Under the pieces are notes generated by a model. The model was not told the DNA's origin. It did no database searches and saw nothing but the letters and a program-made list of their open reading frames with translations. From assembly GCA_963701495.1 (NCBI GenBank), contig CAVOZY010000002.1, positions 10,651-74,650 on the forward strand: a stretch of DNA of 64,000 nt, written 5' to 3'. This document shows, piece by piece, positions 1 through 10,376 of the stretch. Position 1 is the stretch's first letter, and each line of letters opens with the position of its first letter. Source of the DNA: an uncultured Actinomycetes bacterium. GTDB taxonomy: Bacteria; Actinomycetota; Thermoleophilia; Solirubrobacterales; Solirubrobacteraceae. The translations under genes and the position numbers were made by a program.

Positions 1-2247
1 ACCCTGATGACGACCTTGTACGTGCCCTTCGGCAGACCCGTCAGCACCACCCTGCCCGTGAAGCGCTTGCCCTTCTTGGCCTTCTGCCGCTTGCCGTTGA
101 CCGTGACCGTCGCCGACCGGATCTTCACGCCCTTCTTGCGCTTGACGCGGATCGTGAACGCACGCCGGCTCTTGCAGACCTTCTTCTTCGGGGCCGCCTT
201 TGCCGGCGCCACCGCGGCTGCCGGCGGCGGCGGCGGCGGCTTGATCCAGTAGCCGTGGGTCGACGTCGAGACGTTGCCCGCGAAGTCCTCGGCCCGGGCC
301 GTCACGAGGTGTGCGCCAGGGGTGTTGCTGTCGAGCGGCCCGCTCCCGTTTCGCGTGCAGCTCTTGATATCGGCCGGGCCGTCCGGATCGGTGCAGAAGT
401 AGCTGATCGGGATCGCCGCACCCTGGTTGTAGCTCGTGCCGTTCAGCGGGCTCTGGATGACCGCAGCGGGCGGGTTGATCCCGACGATCGTGTAGGTGCT
501 GGTCTTCGTCGCGGTGTTCCCGGAGATGTCCTCGGCGTCCACGGTGAACGTCTTGGTGCCGGCGGTGCTCGTGTCGATGATGTCGCCGACGTTCACGGGT
601 CCCTTGCACTTGGTCAGGTCCTGGAACCCATTGACGTTGTCGGCGTCGTGGCAACCGTAGGCCGCTGCGACCTGAGCTGCCGCGGTTGTAGCGACCGCCG
701 TTCGCCGGGACCTGGATGTCAATCGGTCGGCGGGCTCGCATCGACGAAGTAGGGCACGTTCTTCTCGGCTGCGTTACCGGCCAGATCCTCGGCGCTCACG
801 TTGAAGAGCGCGGGACCGGGGACCCCCGTCGGGATGAAGGCGCCGACACCGACGGTACCGGTGCAGAAGGCGACGTCGCTGCGGCCCGTCGTCTCGTCCG
901 GAGCATGAAACCGCGGCGCCGAATGCCGAGTTCCACCGCAGGCGCGTCGTGCCGTCCTCCTTGGGAAGGGTCACGGCGATGTCCGGCGGGCTCTCGTCGA
1001 CGACGTTGTACGTGACGGTCTTGGTCGCGGTGTTGCCGACCAGATCCCTGCAATTGACGGTGAAGGAGTTCGAGCCCGTCGTCGTCGTGGGGACAGGGAA
1101 CCCGAGGAGCTGCGTGCTGGAGGTGATCGTCGCGACATCGGCGGGGTCGGGGTCCGTGCATCCGAAGTCTGCGGGGATCTGGCTGCCCCGGACCACGTCG
1201 GACCCGTCCCCTGGAACGGTGATCGTTATCTCTGGCGGGGTGTCGTCGACGATGTAGTTGTGCGTCTTGGACGCGAGGTTCCCGCCGAGGTCGCTCGCGT
1301 TGACGGTGAACGGCTGTGTACCGGCGGTCGACGTGTCGACCGGGAAGCCCTTGGGCACAGGGCCGGTGCAGTAGAGAATGTCCGAGAACGGCGGACTGAC
1401 GCGATCATCCTCGTCGGTGCACTTGTAGTTGGCGATCACCGACTGGCCCAGCTTGTAGCGGGCTCCGTCCGGGGGCGTGGTGATCGTGATGTCCGGCGGC
1501 GAGAGGTCCCCGCACATGTTGCGCACCCAGACATCGTTGTCGTAGGGCGTGTACTGATCGGGATTGTCGACCAGAGCGTTCGAATCGCCGACCAGGACGA
1601 ACTTGCCCGAGCCGAGCTGCTGCACCGCGATGATCGGCGAGCTGTCGCTCGCGCGCGCGAGCGAAACCCCATTCGCGCCGAGCGAGACCGACGCAGTCGC
1701 GTTGTAACCGATCGACCCCACCGCATCCATCAACGGATGAGCCCCGATCGCCGTCGTGCTGCTGGCAAGGAAATCCAGCGTCACCGGCAACAACGACATC
1801 GTCGAACCCAACGTCGCGGCGATGTCGTTCATATACACGTTCGGCACACCGCCCTGGAACGCCGGCGTGCCCGCATACTCACCGACTGCAATTACCGTGC
1901 CGCCACCCTCAACATACGTCTTCAACGCCGCCTTGCGATAGACGTCCATCGTGCGTCTGATTGAGGTACAGCATCACGCAGCCATATTGCGCAAGCAACT
2001 CCGGGCGATGCGGCAAGAAACCGTTGTTGATGTTCGTCGTACGCACCAACACGTTCGCCGACGCCGCAGCGAACCGCGAGAACGGCTGATCGGCATTCTG
2101 CGCACCATCACCGTTGTGGATCAGCGTCGAGCGAGCGCTCGCAGTGGAGGCAGTGGCGAGCGCAGCGAGAAGCACCACGCCCACGCCCAGCGCCACGATC
2201 CGTCGCGGCAACATCCCGAACCTCCTTTGACCCACGGACTCTCCCAC
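1..2247 (-). pseudogene. Large secreted repeat protein: signal peptide, N-terminal alpha/beta domain, at least five Ig-like repeats of about 85 aa, poly-Pro linker, Lys/Arg-rich tail. The 3' end runs off the window. The frame is broken about four times.
   Basis: ORF 1909..2247 gives a signal peptide (MLPRRIVALGVGVVLLAALATASTASA) and joins ORF 774..1949. That ORF has repeats opening PPDI/PPEI with paired Cys (YKCTD..YCTG, FGCTDPDP). My hand translation of the other minus frames below 900 continues the same repeat pattern (FCTGTVGVGAFIPTG, YGCHDADNVNGF, YFCTDPDGPADIKSC). It then reads PPPPPP and a basic tail (KKKVCKSRRAFTIRVKRKKG) down to base 1. Frame changes fall near 1950, 900, 725 and 675. 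Confidence 0.6.
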
Positions 2248-2430
2248 TGGGCACAGCCGCCCAGATGCGTCACAATATCGAAGCGGCAGGTGGGGTCAAC
2301 CCGGTTCGGTGGCGTCGAAACGCCTCGACCGGCGCGTTCTCTGCGCCGAGGCCCCAGACTCTGTTCAGGTGGACCGGGACAAATCGCCTTGCCAGCGAAA
2401 CAAATCGTCTTGCCAACTGTCGACACGGAC

Positions 2431-3624
2431 ATGGACATGCCCTTGACCTCCTCGCGAGCGGGACTCTCCCGCCTACTGCTGACGACAATCCTGGGCCTCT
2501 CGGTGCTGCTGAGCAGCGCGGTGTCGGCCCGTGCGGCCGAACCGCCCTCTGCGGCCAAGTCCTCCGCTGCGGCCAAGTCCGCGAAGAACGCTGCGTCCGC
2601 AGCAGCGGCCGCGCTTGAGCAGCTGAAGCCGCCCTTCCCGCCGCCGGCCGCCCAGAGCTCTGCGGCGCGTGCGCAAGCGGCGGCCACCGGCTCGTGCGCC
2701 GCGCAGATCCTCAACCGTGAGGGCGAGCTGGTCACGCTCCGCTACAAGACCTACAAGTACAAGTACAGGAAGATCAAGAAGGGCCGGAACAAGGGCAAGT
2801 TCAAGCGCGGAATCATCGGCCTCAAGCGCGCGATCAAGGTCTCCTGCGCCAAGCAGTGCGTCGCCGTCGTCAAGAAGCGCGGCAAGTACCGCAACGTCTA
2901 CCGGATCAGGACGGTCAAGCGCAAGCGCGTCAAGCGCGGCAGGATCAGGACGGTCAAGCTGCGCGCACGCGTCTACCGCTACACCGACTGCGCCAACCTG
3001 CCGAACGCCGAGTCGCTCGGCACCCCGGTCAAGATCGACATCCTGCCGGGCAGCTTCGCACTGCTCGACTTCGGCTCGTTCACGCGCCAGGCGTCGATCG
3101 GCGGCAACCTGCGCGGTTTCCTGCCGGGCAAGTTCAAGCCGAACACCGACCTGCAGCTGACCCTCACAAAGGGCGCCGTGACGGTCGGAACGACCCCGGT
3201 CTTCATCGACGACGACTGCAACGGGCAGGTCTCCACCTCGCTGCGCACAGGCACTCCGACGCGCGTGCTGATCGACAGCACCAAGCAGAGCACCAGCACG
3301 CTGCTCGCCAGCGGGACGGCGACCGCGATCGTGAACGTCAGGATCCAGTTGCCACTCGAGCTGCGCAACGAGGACGCCGGCTGCAACGACCCGTACATCA
3401 CGACCGGCTACTCCGAGTTCACGCACACGTTCTTCTTCCGCGGGAAGGTCGGGCCGCGCGGCCTGGTCGCGCTGCAGGTCAGCTCACCGGTGGACACGCT
3501 GAACGTCGTGGCGTGCCTCTCGCCGGGAACGCCGACGCAGCCGTGCAACGGCTTCCAGGTGCCGATCCCGATCCTCATCAGCGTGAAGGTCACCGTCAAG
3601 ATCGATCTGTCAGGGAAGGCATAG
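2431..3624 (+). CDS. Secreted hypothetical protein with an extremely basic internal segment
   Basis: Read in the frame of ORF 1951..3624 from ATG 2431. It has a signal peptide (MDMPLTSSRAGLSRLLLTTILGLSVLLSSAVSA then RAAEP), an Ala/Ser-rich linker, a Lys/Arg-rich stretch (KYKYRKIKKGRNKGKFKRG ... RTVKRKRVKRGRIRTVK) and a Cys-containing C-terminal domain. I recognise no family. The stop TAG abuts the ATG of the next gene. Confidence 0.6.
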   Translation: MDMPLTSSRAGLSRLLLTTILGLSVLLSSAVSARAAEPPSAAKSSAAAKSAKNAASAAAAALEQLKPPFPPPAAQSSAARAQAAATGSCAAQILNREGELVTLRYKTYKYKYRKIKKGRNKGKFKRGIIGLKRAIKVSCAKQCVAVVKKRGKYRNVYRIRTVKRKRVKRGRIRTVKLRARVYRYTDCANLPNAESLGTPVKIDILPGSFALLDFGSFTRQASIGGNLRGFLPGKFKPNTDLQLTLTKGAVTVGTTPVFIDDDCNGQVSTSLRTGTPTRVLIDSTKQSTSTLLASGTATAIVNVRIQLPLELRNEDAGCNDPYITTGYSEFTHTFFFRGKVGPRGLVALQVSSPVDTLNVVACLSPGTPTQPCNGFQVPIPILISVKVTVKIDLSGKA

Positions 3625-5422
3625 ATGAAGCGCGGAACCTCAGCGCTGGCGGTCGCCGCGGTAGCGGTGACCCTGGCCGTACCGACCTCAGGCGGAGCGG
3701 CGTCCACGGACGCCCCGGCCGACGTCATCGTCTCGGCCCGCGACGCGAGCGCGCTTCCGGCGGGCGCCAGGTTCGTGGCGGAGCTCGCGCCTGGACTGCG
3801 CACCTACCTGCTGCGCGTGCCGGACGGCAAGTCGGCGAAGCAGTACTCGCGGGATCTGCGCGCGAACCCCGACATCTTCGGCGCGCAGCCCAACGCGATG
3901 CTGCAGCGCGCGAAGCTCGCGTCCGCTTGCGCCGACCCGCCGTCAGTGAACGCCGCCCAGTCGCTGGCGGCGGCCGTCGGCGCGGTCACCGTGGCCGGTG
4001 GTCCCGCGGCCCCCGTCGCGGTGCTCGACACCGGCATCGATCCGGCGACGGCTGAGCTGCGCGGGCGCGTGCTGCCCGGGTTCAACTCGGTCAACGGCTC
4101 GACGGATACGTCGGACATCGACGGCCACGGGACGGAGGTGGCTTCGGTCGTCGCCGCCGCGCCCGGCCGCTTCCAGGGCGTCTCCCCGAGCACTCAGGTC
4201 ATGCCGATCAAGATCTACAACCACAATTCCGCGACCACTGTCGACTGGGTGGTAAAGGGCATCGAGGCCGCCATGAACCGGCGCGTGCCGATCATCAACC
4301 TCTCGAGCAGCAACCCCGCCGCCGACGTGCCGGTGGAGGACGCGGAGGTGCTCCAGCAGGCGATCCTCGCCGCGTTCGCCAAGGGGACGATCACGATCGT
4401 CTCGGCCGGGAATGAGGGCAAGGCCGATCAGACGGTGCCGGGCAAGCTCGAGCGCGTGATCACGGTCGGGCTCCGCCACCGCCGAGGGCACGCGCGACGC
4501 GTTCTCGAACTTCGGCTCGTCGGTCGACGTCGTCAGCCCGGGCGCGAACCTGATCCTGCCGGCGCCGCCGAGCGTCTGCCCGACCGGCTACGGAGTCGCC
4601 AACGGGACTTCGTTCTCGGCCCCGGCGGTCGCCGGCGCCGCCTCGATCATCAAGGGCCGGCGACCGAAGCTCGACACCCAGCAGCTCTTCGACCTGGTCC
4701 GCATGTTCGCGGCCAAGGAGCTCTACGAGCCCGGCCGTGACAACGACTCCGGCTTCGGCCTGCTGAGCGTCGAGGAGGGCGTGAACGCCAATACGCCGGC
4801 CCGTCAGCACAACGAGATCGACGATGACATCTTCTGGGTCAAGCAGGACCTGAAGCGGCACAAGACGTACCTGCGAAGCACGAAGCGCAAGTCGCAGACG
4901 TACAAGAAGACGACGACGCTGCAGGCCGGCAAGGACCCCGCCGACGTCTACAAGGTCAAGCTCGGCAAGGGCTGGCTGATCAGGGGGTCGGCCAAGACCA
5001 AGAACAGCACGGGCCTGCTCGACATCGGGATCTGGTCGAGGAAGGCCGGCTCCTTCGACATCACCAAGAACCGCACAGAGAACCTGCTCAAGGACTCCGA
5101 TGGCGTGACCGACACGCCGAACGTCGACTACCGCGTCAAGAGCTCCGGCACCTACTACGTCAGCGTCGAGGTGCCCGATGCCCCCGACACGGCGGACGAG
5201 AAGTCGGCGGCCACGAAGGTCGATCCACTCACGACCTACAGCCTGAAGCTGCAGAAGTCCCCGCCCGAAGAAGAAGAAGAAGAAGACGACGAAGAAGAAG
5301 CGGTAGCGCGGAAACCGTCGGCGGCTCAGCCCACGGGCGAGCCGCCGACGAGCGAGTGGTACCGCGCGACGGCCTCGGTGCGATTCGCCGCCTCGAGCTT
5401 GCGCAGGACACCGCGCACGTGA
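3625..5422 (+). pseudogene. Subtilisin-like serine protease (peptidase S8) with a PPC-like C-terminal domain. One frame break; 3' end uncertain.
   Basis: ORF 3625..4740 carries VAVLDTGID (Asp), DIDGHGTEVAS (His) and SAGNEG (Asn). The Ser motif NGTSFSAPAVAG and the DVYKVKLGKG..TYYVSVE domain lie in the frame of ORF 4703..5422, so the frame changes near 4465 at a GGG run. Signal peptide: MKRGTSALAVAAVAVTLAVPTSGGAAS. Confidence 0.75.
5267..5300. repeat. (GAA/AAG)n trinucleotide run at the 3' end of the protease gene
   Basis: The sequence is gaagaagaagaagaagaagacgacgaagaagaag. It reads EEEEEEDDEEE in the protease frame and KKKKKKTTKKK followed by TAG (5304..5306) in the adjacent frame. Confidence 0.8.
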
Positions 5423-6186
5423 GACTTGACGGTCGGCTCGGAGACGATCAGCGTCTCGGCGATCGTCTGGTTGCTGGCGCCGATCGCAAGCAGGTCCAGC
5501 ACCTCGCGCTCGCGCGCCGTCAGCTCGGACAGCGCTCCGGCCTGCGGTGTCCAGGCCCAGCCTCCGGGAACCGACGCCGCGTGACGTACCACGTCGGCGA
5601 AGCCCTCGGAGAGCTGACCGCCCGCCGGGACGGCGACGCCGCGCATCGCCGCTCCGAGGCCCATCGCGAAGACCGCGACGAGCTCTGCGTCGAACTCGTC
5701 AAGCGCCGGCCCATGGAAGCGGTCGGCGTGAAGCAGGCCGATCGTCTGCCCCACGTGAACGACCGGCGCGACGACGTAGCCTCTGGTTCCGGTCTCGACG
5801 ACCAGCGGCCGGAAGACGCCCAGCCTGTTCAGCGGATCATCGACGAGGACCGGCCGCTGCGTGGTGACCGCCTCGAGCTCAGGCGGACAGTCGAGAAGAC
5901 TCACGCGCGCGGTCCGCGCAAGCCGCGGAAAGCGAAGCTCGCGCTCGGGATCACTGGGATGAGCGGACGAGGCGTAGGCGAGCCTGCCGTCGTGAAGGCT
6001 CGTCAGCATCGCACGGTCCAGTCCACATCCGAGCGACAGTTCGCGCGGTGCGCTGGCCACGAACGCCGCCAGGCTGGGCTCGGCGGAGAGGCGAGCGAGC
6101 GCCTTCTGCACGGCTCGCAGCCGCTGAGCCGGTGAGAGCGAGACTCGCGCTTCCTGCGCTTCCACGATCGATGCTGATGTCGCCAT
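5326..6186 (-). CDS. GAF-domain / LuxR-family HTH transcriptional regulator
   Basis: Intact 286-aa ORF. The C-terminal LuxR HTH reads ELTAREREVLDLLAIGASNQTIAETLIVSEPTVKSHVRGVLRKLEAANRTEAV. The N-terminal two thirds have a GAF-like pattern. Confidence 0.8.
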   Translation of the reverse strand: MATSASIVEAQEARVSLSPAQRLRAVQKALARLSAEPSLAAFVASAPRELSLGCGLDRAMLTSLHDGRLAYASSAHPSDPERELRFPRLARTARVSLLDCPPELEAVTTQRPVLVDDPLNRLGVFRPLVVETGTRGYVVAPVVHVGQTIGLLHADRFHGPALDEFDAELVAVFAMGLGAAMRGVAVPAGGQLSEGFADVVRHAASVPGGWAWTPQAGALSELTAREREVLDLLAIGASNQTIAETLIVSEPTVKSHVRGVLRKLEAANRTEAVARYHSLVGGSPVG

Positions 6187-6346
6187 GTGGTGTCGCCCTT
6201 CCCTGGCTGACGGTCCGCACGTCCAGTGCGCGGAAAAAGGTATGGACCGCGATCGGACACTAGCGCCGCCGACGTCGGAGCGTCAAACGACAACTCACGG
6301 AGACGGACAGCCGTCACACCCCGCATGTGACACCATCGCGCTGTCG

Positions 6347-6673
6347 ATGACCACCAAGCACCCCCGCGTCGGCGTGACCAAGGACCCCGAGCTCGCCGCC
6401 GCACTGGAGGCTACGCGAGCGCTGGTCCCGCCCGCCGACGCGCGGGCCGAGGCCGCCCACGTGCGCCGGCTCGCGCTGCTCGGCGCGCGATCGCTGCGCG
6501 CCAGCGGCGACGCCGCCGACGTCGAGCGGGCGAGGGAGAGGATCCGCGCCGTGACCGGCGCCACGCCCCCCAGCGTCGACTTCGATCAGGTGCTGGAGCT
6601 GCTCGGAGAGCAGCACGCCGATCGCGGCGGCGAACTCAGCAAGGCGCTCGACTGGGTGCGCGGCGAGCGGTGA
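6347..6673 (+). CDS. Putative antitoxin partner of the downstream PIN toxin
   Basis: Starts at ATG 6347 in the frame of ORF 6185..6673 (MTTKHPRVGVTKDPELAAALEATRAL...). Its stop overlaps the GTG of the PIN gene by 4 nt (GTGA), the usual type II toxin-antitoxin arrangement. The start codon choice is uncertain. Confidence 0.5.
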   Translation: MTTKHPRVGVTKDPELAAALEATRALVPPADARAEAAHVRRLALLGARSLRASGDAADVERARERIRAVTGATPPSVDFDQVLELLGEQHADRGGELSKALDWVRGER

Positions 6674-7068
6674 GCCGTCCCGCCTACCTCGACGCCACCG
6701 CGGCAGCCAAGCTGGTCCGCTGCGAACGCGAGTCGCCGGCACTCGCGGAGGTGCTCGCCGTCCTGCCCCTGCGCTACTCGAGCGAGATCCTCGCGGTCGA
6801 ACTGCGCGGTGCGCTGCACCGCCTCGAGCGGCCCGAGATGCTGCGACTCGCCGACCCGGTTCTCGCGGCGATCGAGCTGATCCCGTTCGATGCGCGCGTG
6901 CGGGCGCGAGCCTGCGCCGGCTTCGACCCGCCGCAGCGCACGCTCGGCGCGGTGCACCTCGCCAGCGCGCTCCTGATCCCGGAGCCCGAGGTCGTGTTCG
7001 TGACGTACGACGACCGCCAGGCGATCGCGGCCGAAGCGGCGGGCCTGAACGTTCTGACGCCGGTCTGA
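6670..7068 (+). CDS. vapC: PIN-domain ribonuclease toxin (VapC-like)
   Basis: 132-aa ORF with PIN hallmarks: N-terminal AYLDATAAAKLV (Asp), SSEILAVEL (Glu), LGAVHLASAL, and C-terminal FVTYDDRQAIAAEAAGLNV. Confidence 0.75.
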   Translation: MSRPAYLDATAAAKLVRCERESPALAEVLAVLPLRYSSEILAVELRGALHRLERPEMLRLADPVLAAIELIPFDARVRARACAGFDPPQRTLGAVHLASALLIPEPEVVFVTYDDRQAIAAEAAGLNVLTPV

Positions 7069-7085
7069 GTGGCCGGCAGGCCGCT

Positions 7086-8076
<991 letters not shown>

Positions 8077-8149
8077 GATCTCGCTCGGGTCGCTTACTTC
8101 ACAAAGTATAGTTCCGGGCGCGCTGCGTTACACCGGACGCGCCGCCGGC

Positions 8150-9283
8150 TCACGCCTGCACCGTGACCGCTTCGTCGGCCGGCAAGCCCTCGTCGCGCCA
8201 GCGCTGCACGGTCCCGCGCAGCTGGAAGTACGCCACCGCCCCGGGAACCGTCGGCAGCCAGAAGGCGAATGCACGGTAGGTCAGGACCGCCACGGTGGCC
8301 AGCGAGAAGGGGATGCCGAAGGCGACGAACGCGCCGATCATGCCGCCGTCGACGCCGCCCAGCCCGCCCGGGAGGGGCAGCAGGTTGGCGATCATCCCCA
8401 CGAAGTAGGACATGATGATCACCAGGAACGGCGGGGCTTCCCCGAACGCGTGGAACGCCGCCCACAGCGTCGCGATGTCGAAGTACCACCAGACGACCGC
8501 ACCGAGCGCGCCGCCGTCGCGCTCGCGCACGATTCGCACCGCCTCGCGCACTCCGGCCGACACCGACGCAGGCGCCTTCGACATCTGGATCAGCAGGCCC
8601 GCCCAGCGACCGGCGCCGTCGCCGGCCCAGCGCTCCAGCGTGCGGTCGATCTGCGTCGGGACGAGCGTGAACGCGAGCGCGAGCGCGATCACGATGACCC
8701 CGAAGATGGCCGGCACCATGGTGATCGCGAAGTCCCCGTCTCCTGCGATGACGCCCTCGTACAGCGCCAGGCCGACCAGCACGAGCGACGCCATGTACAC
8801 GCCGTAGAGCAGCACGTACTGCGCGACCATGCGAACCGCGACGACGCGCGCCGGCATCCCGCTGCGGCGCAGCGCCCAGGCGGTCAGCGCCGCTCCGCCC
8901 GCTCCGCCCGCGGCGAACAGCCGCGTCGCCGCCAGCCCGGCCATCGTGATCTGGTAGCTGACGCGCCAGTCGATCCTCGCGCTCCCGTGCACGAAGACGA
9001 CCCGGAACAGCCATACGTAGCCGCTGAACGAGATCAGCTCGAACAACACGCATGCGAGCAGCCAGAGCGGGTCGCCCTCTCTGATGCGCGACCAGGTCTC
9101 GTCGAACCCGGCGAGCCGCGGGAGGCCGAAGTAGAGGAAGGCGACGACCGCAACGGTGAAGCCGCCGAAGACGATCGCCTCGCGCCGCGTGATCCCGGTG
9201 CGCGGCATCCCGCGATCGTCGAGATCGTCCGGCGGCTCGCCGCCCGGCCGGCCTGTCCTCTCGTCGGACGGCGCTGAGCTCAC
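8150..9283 (-). CDS. Multi-pass membrane protein, lysylphosphatidylglycerol-synthase TM-region / flippase-like family
   Basis: The ORF 8150..9463 is hydrophobic throughout, with LLPLPGGLGGVDGGMIGAFVAFG typical of the MprF-type TM domain. I chose the GTG start at 9283 because it overlaps the upstream stop as GTGA. ATG 9208 is an alternative start. Confidence 0.6.
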   Translation of the reverse strand: MSSAPSDERTGRPGGEPPDDLDDRGMPRTGITRREAIVFGGFTVAVVAFLYFGLPRLAGFDETWSRIREGDPLWLLACVLFELISFSGYVWLFRVVFVHGSARIDWRVSYQITMAGLAATRLFAAGGAGGAALTAWALRRSGMPARVVAVRMVAQYVLLYGVYMASLVLVGLALYEGVIAGDGDFAITMVPAIFGVIVIALALAFTLVPTQIDRTLERWAGDGAGRWAGLLIQMSKAPASVSAGVREAVRIVRERDGGALGAVVWWYFDIATLWAAFHAFGEAPPFLVIIMSYFVGMIANLLPLPGGLGGVDGGMIGAFVAFGIPFSLATVAVLTYRAFAFWLPTVPGAVAYFQLRGTVQRWRDEGLPADEAVTVQA

Positions 9284-10371
9284 GCCGGCCGCGCCCTGCG
9301 TTCGAGCGACTGGACGACACGTGACAGGCGGCGGGCGGCGGGCGCAGCCGCCGGCGCGGCGCGGCGCACCCCCTCCGCGAGCGCGAGCCCCGCAAGCAGG
9401 TCGACGACGTAGTGCTCGCCCAGGTACACCAGCGCGAAGCCGAGCGTGCCCGCGTACGCCCACCCGGCGGCACCCGTGACCGGCCCAGCGTCGGACAGGA
9501 CGTGAGCGGCCATCACGGACGTTGCGAAGTGCAGGGAAGGCATGGCGGCAAGCGGGTTCCCTGCCAGTGCATCGTAAAGATGCGGCCAGCGGTCGCCCCA
9601 GAACTGGTGCCCGTAGTCGAGCATCATGCGATGCAGCCGGTGTTCGGAGCCGGCCTCCGCAGCGCCCAGACGGCCCTCCTGCGCGGCGAACCAGGGGGGC
9701 GCCGTCGGAATCAGCCAGTAGCAGAGAACGCCCGTGTCGAACGTCGCGTAGATCAGCGCAGCCGCTCGTGGGAACTGCTGACGCCGTCGAAGCAGGACGT
9801 ACAGCACGCTGCCGTGCGGCACCGTGAACCAGATCCAGTGAGCCCAGACGAGCAGCTTCTCAGGGCCGCGAATCGCAGGTGGCCGCGCGAACCGGCGCTG
9901 AAGCCGCACGCCGGGCAGTTCGCCCGCCCCGAGCAGGCGGTCCAGATGGACCGGATAGTCGACCTTGACGCGGCGCCGCAGCGCGTCGGGGTCGTCGTTC
10001 GGCATCTCGTACATCGCGACGTAGGCCCACATCTGAAGTAGGCAGACGCCGACGTCGCGGCGGCGCGACCTCGGCAGCGCAACGCACAGGGCCACCGGGG
10101 CGGTCCATGCGGCAGCGGCGACCGTGGCCTTGGACAGCCTCGCCCTGCGACGGACCGCCGGCGCGGCGACTCCGGCGACCACGAGCACCCACGCCGCGTT
10201 GCGGAGGGCTCTCGAACCGGGCACGGCGGGCGAGACTACCCGGTCGGCGCGCCCGACTCCGGCCGCACCCCGCCGAGTCAGCGGCGGTGCCGCCGAGTGG
10301 CTTCGGATACGGTGCGGCCGTGCCGACGAGCGTGCCGCGATCGAATGCCCGGACAGCGCAGGGCGACCCAC
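9280..10371 (-). CDS. PAP2-superfamily membrane phosphatase/phosphotransferase (PAP2_3-like)
   Basis: Shows PAP2 C2/C3-like motifs (AMPSLHFATSVMAAHVL and LGEHYVVDLLAGLALAEG) and several TM helices. The N-terminal boundary is uncertain. Confidence 0.55.
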   Translation of the reverse strand: MGRPALSGHSIAARSSARPHRIRSHSAAPPLTRRGAAGVGRADRVVSPAVPGSRALRNAAWVLVVAGVAAPAVRRRARLSKATVAAAAWTAPVALCVALPRSRRRDVGVCLLQMWAYVAMYEMPNDDPDALRRRVKVDYPVHLDRLLGAGELPGVRLQRRFARPPAIRGPEKLLVWAHWIWFTVPHGSVLYVLLRRRQQFPRAAALIYATFDTGVLCYWLIPTAPPWFAAQEGRLGAAEAGSEHRLHRMMLDYGHQFWGDRWPHLYDALAGNPLAAMPSLHFATSVMAAHVLSDAGPVTGAAGWAYAGTLGFALVYLGEHYVVDLLAGLALAEGVRRAAPAAAPAARRLSRVVQSLERRARPA

Positions 10372-10376
10372 GACCG

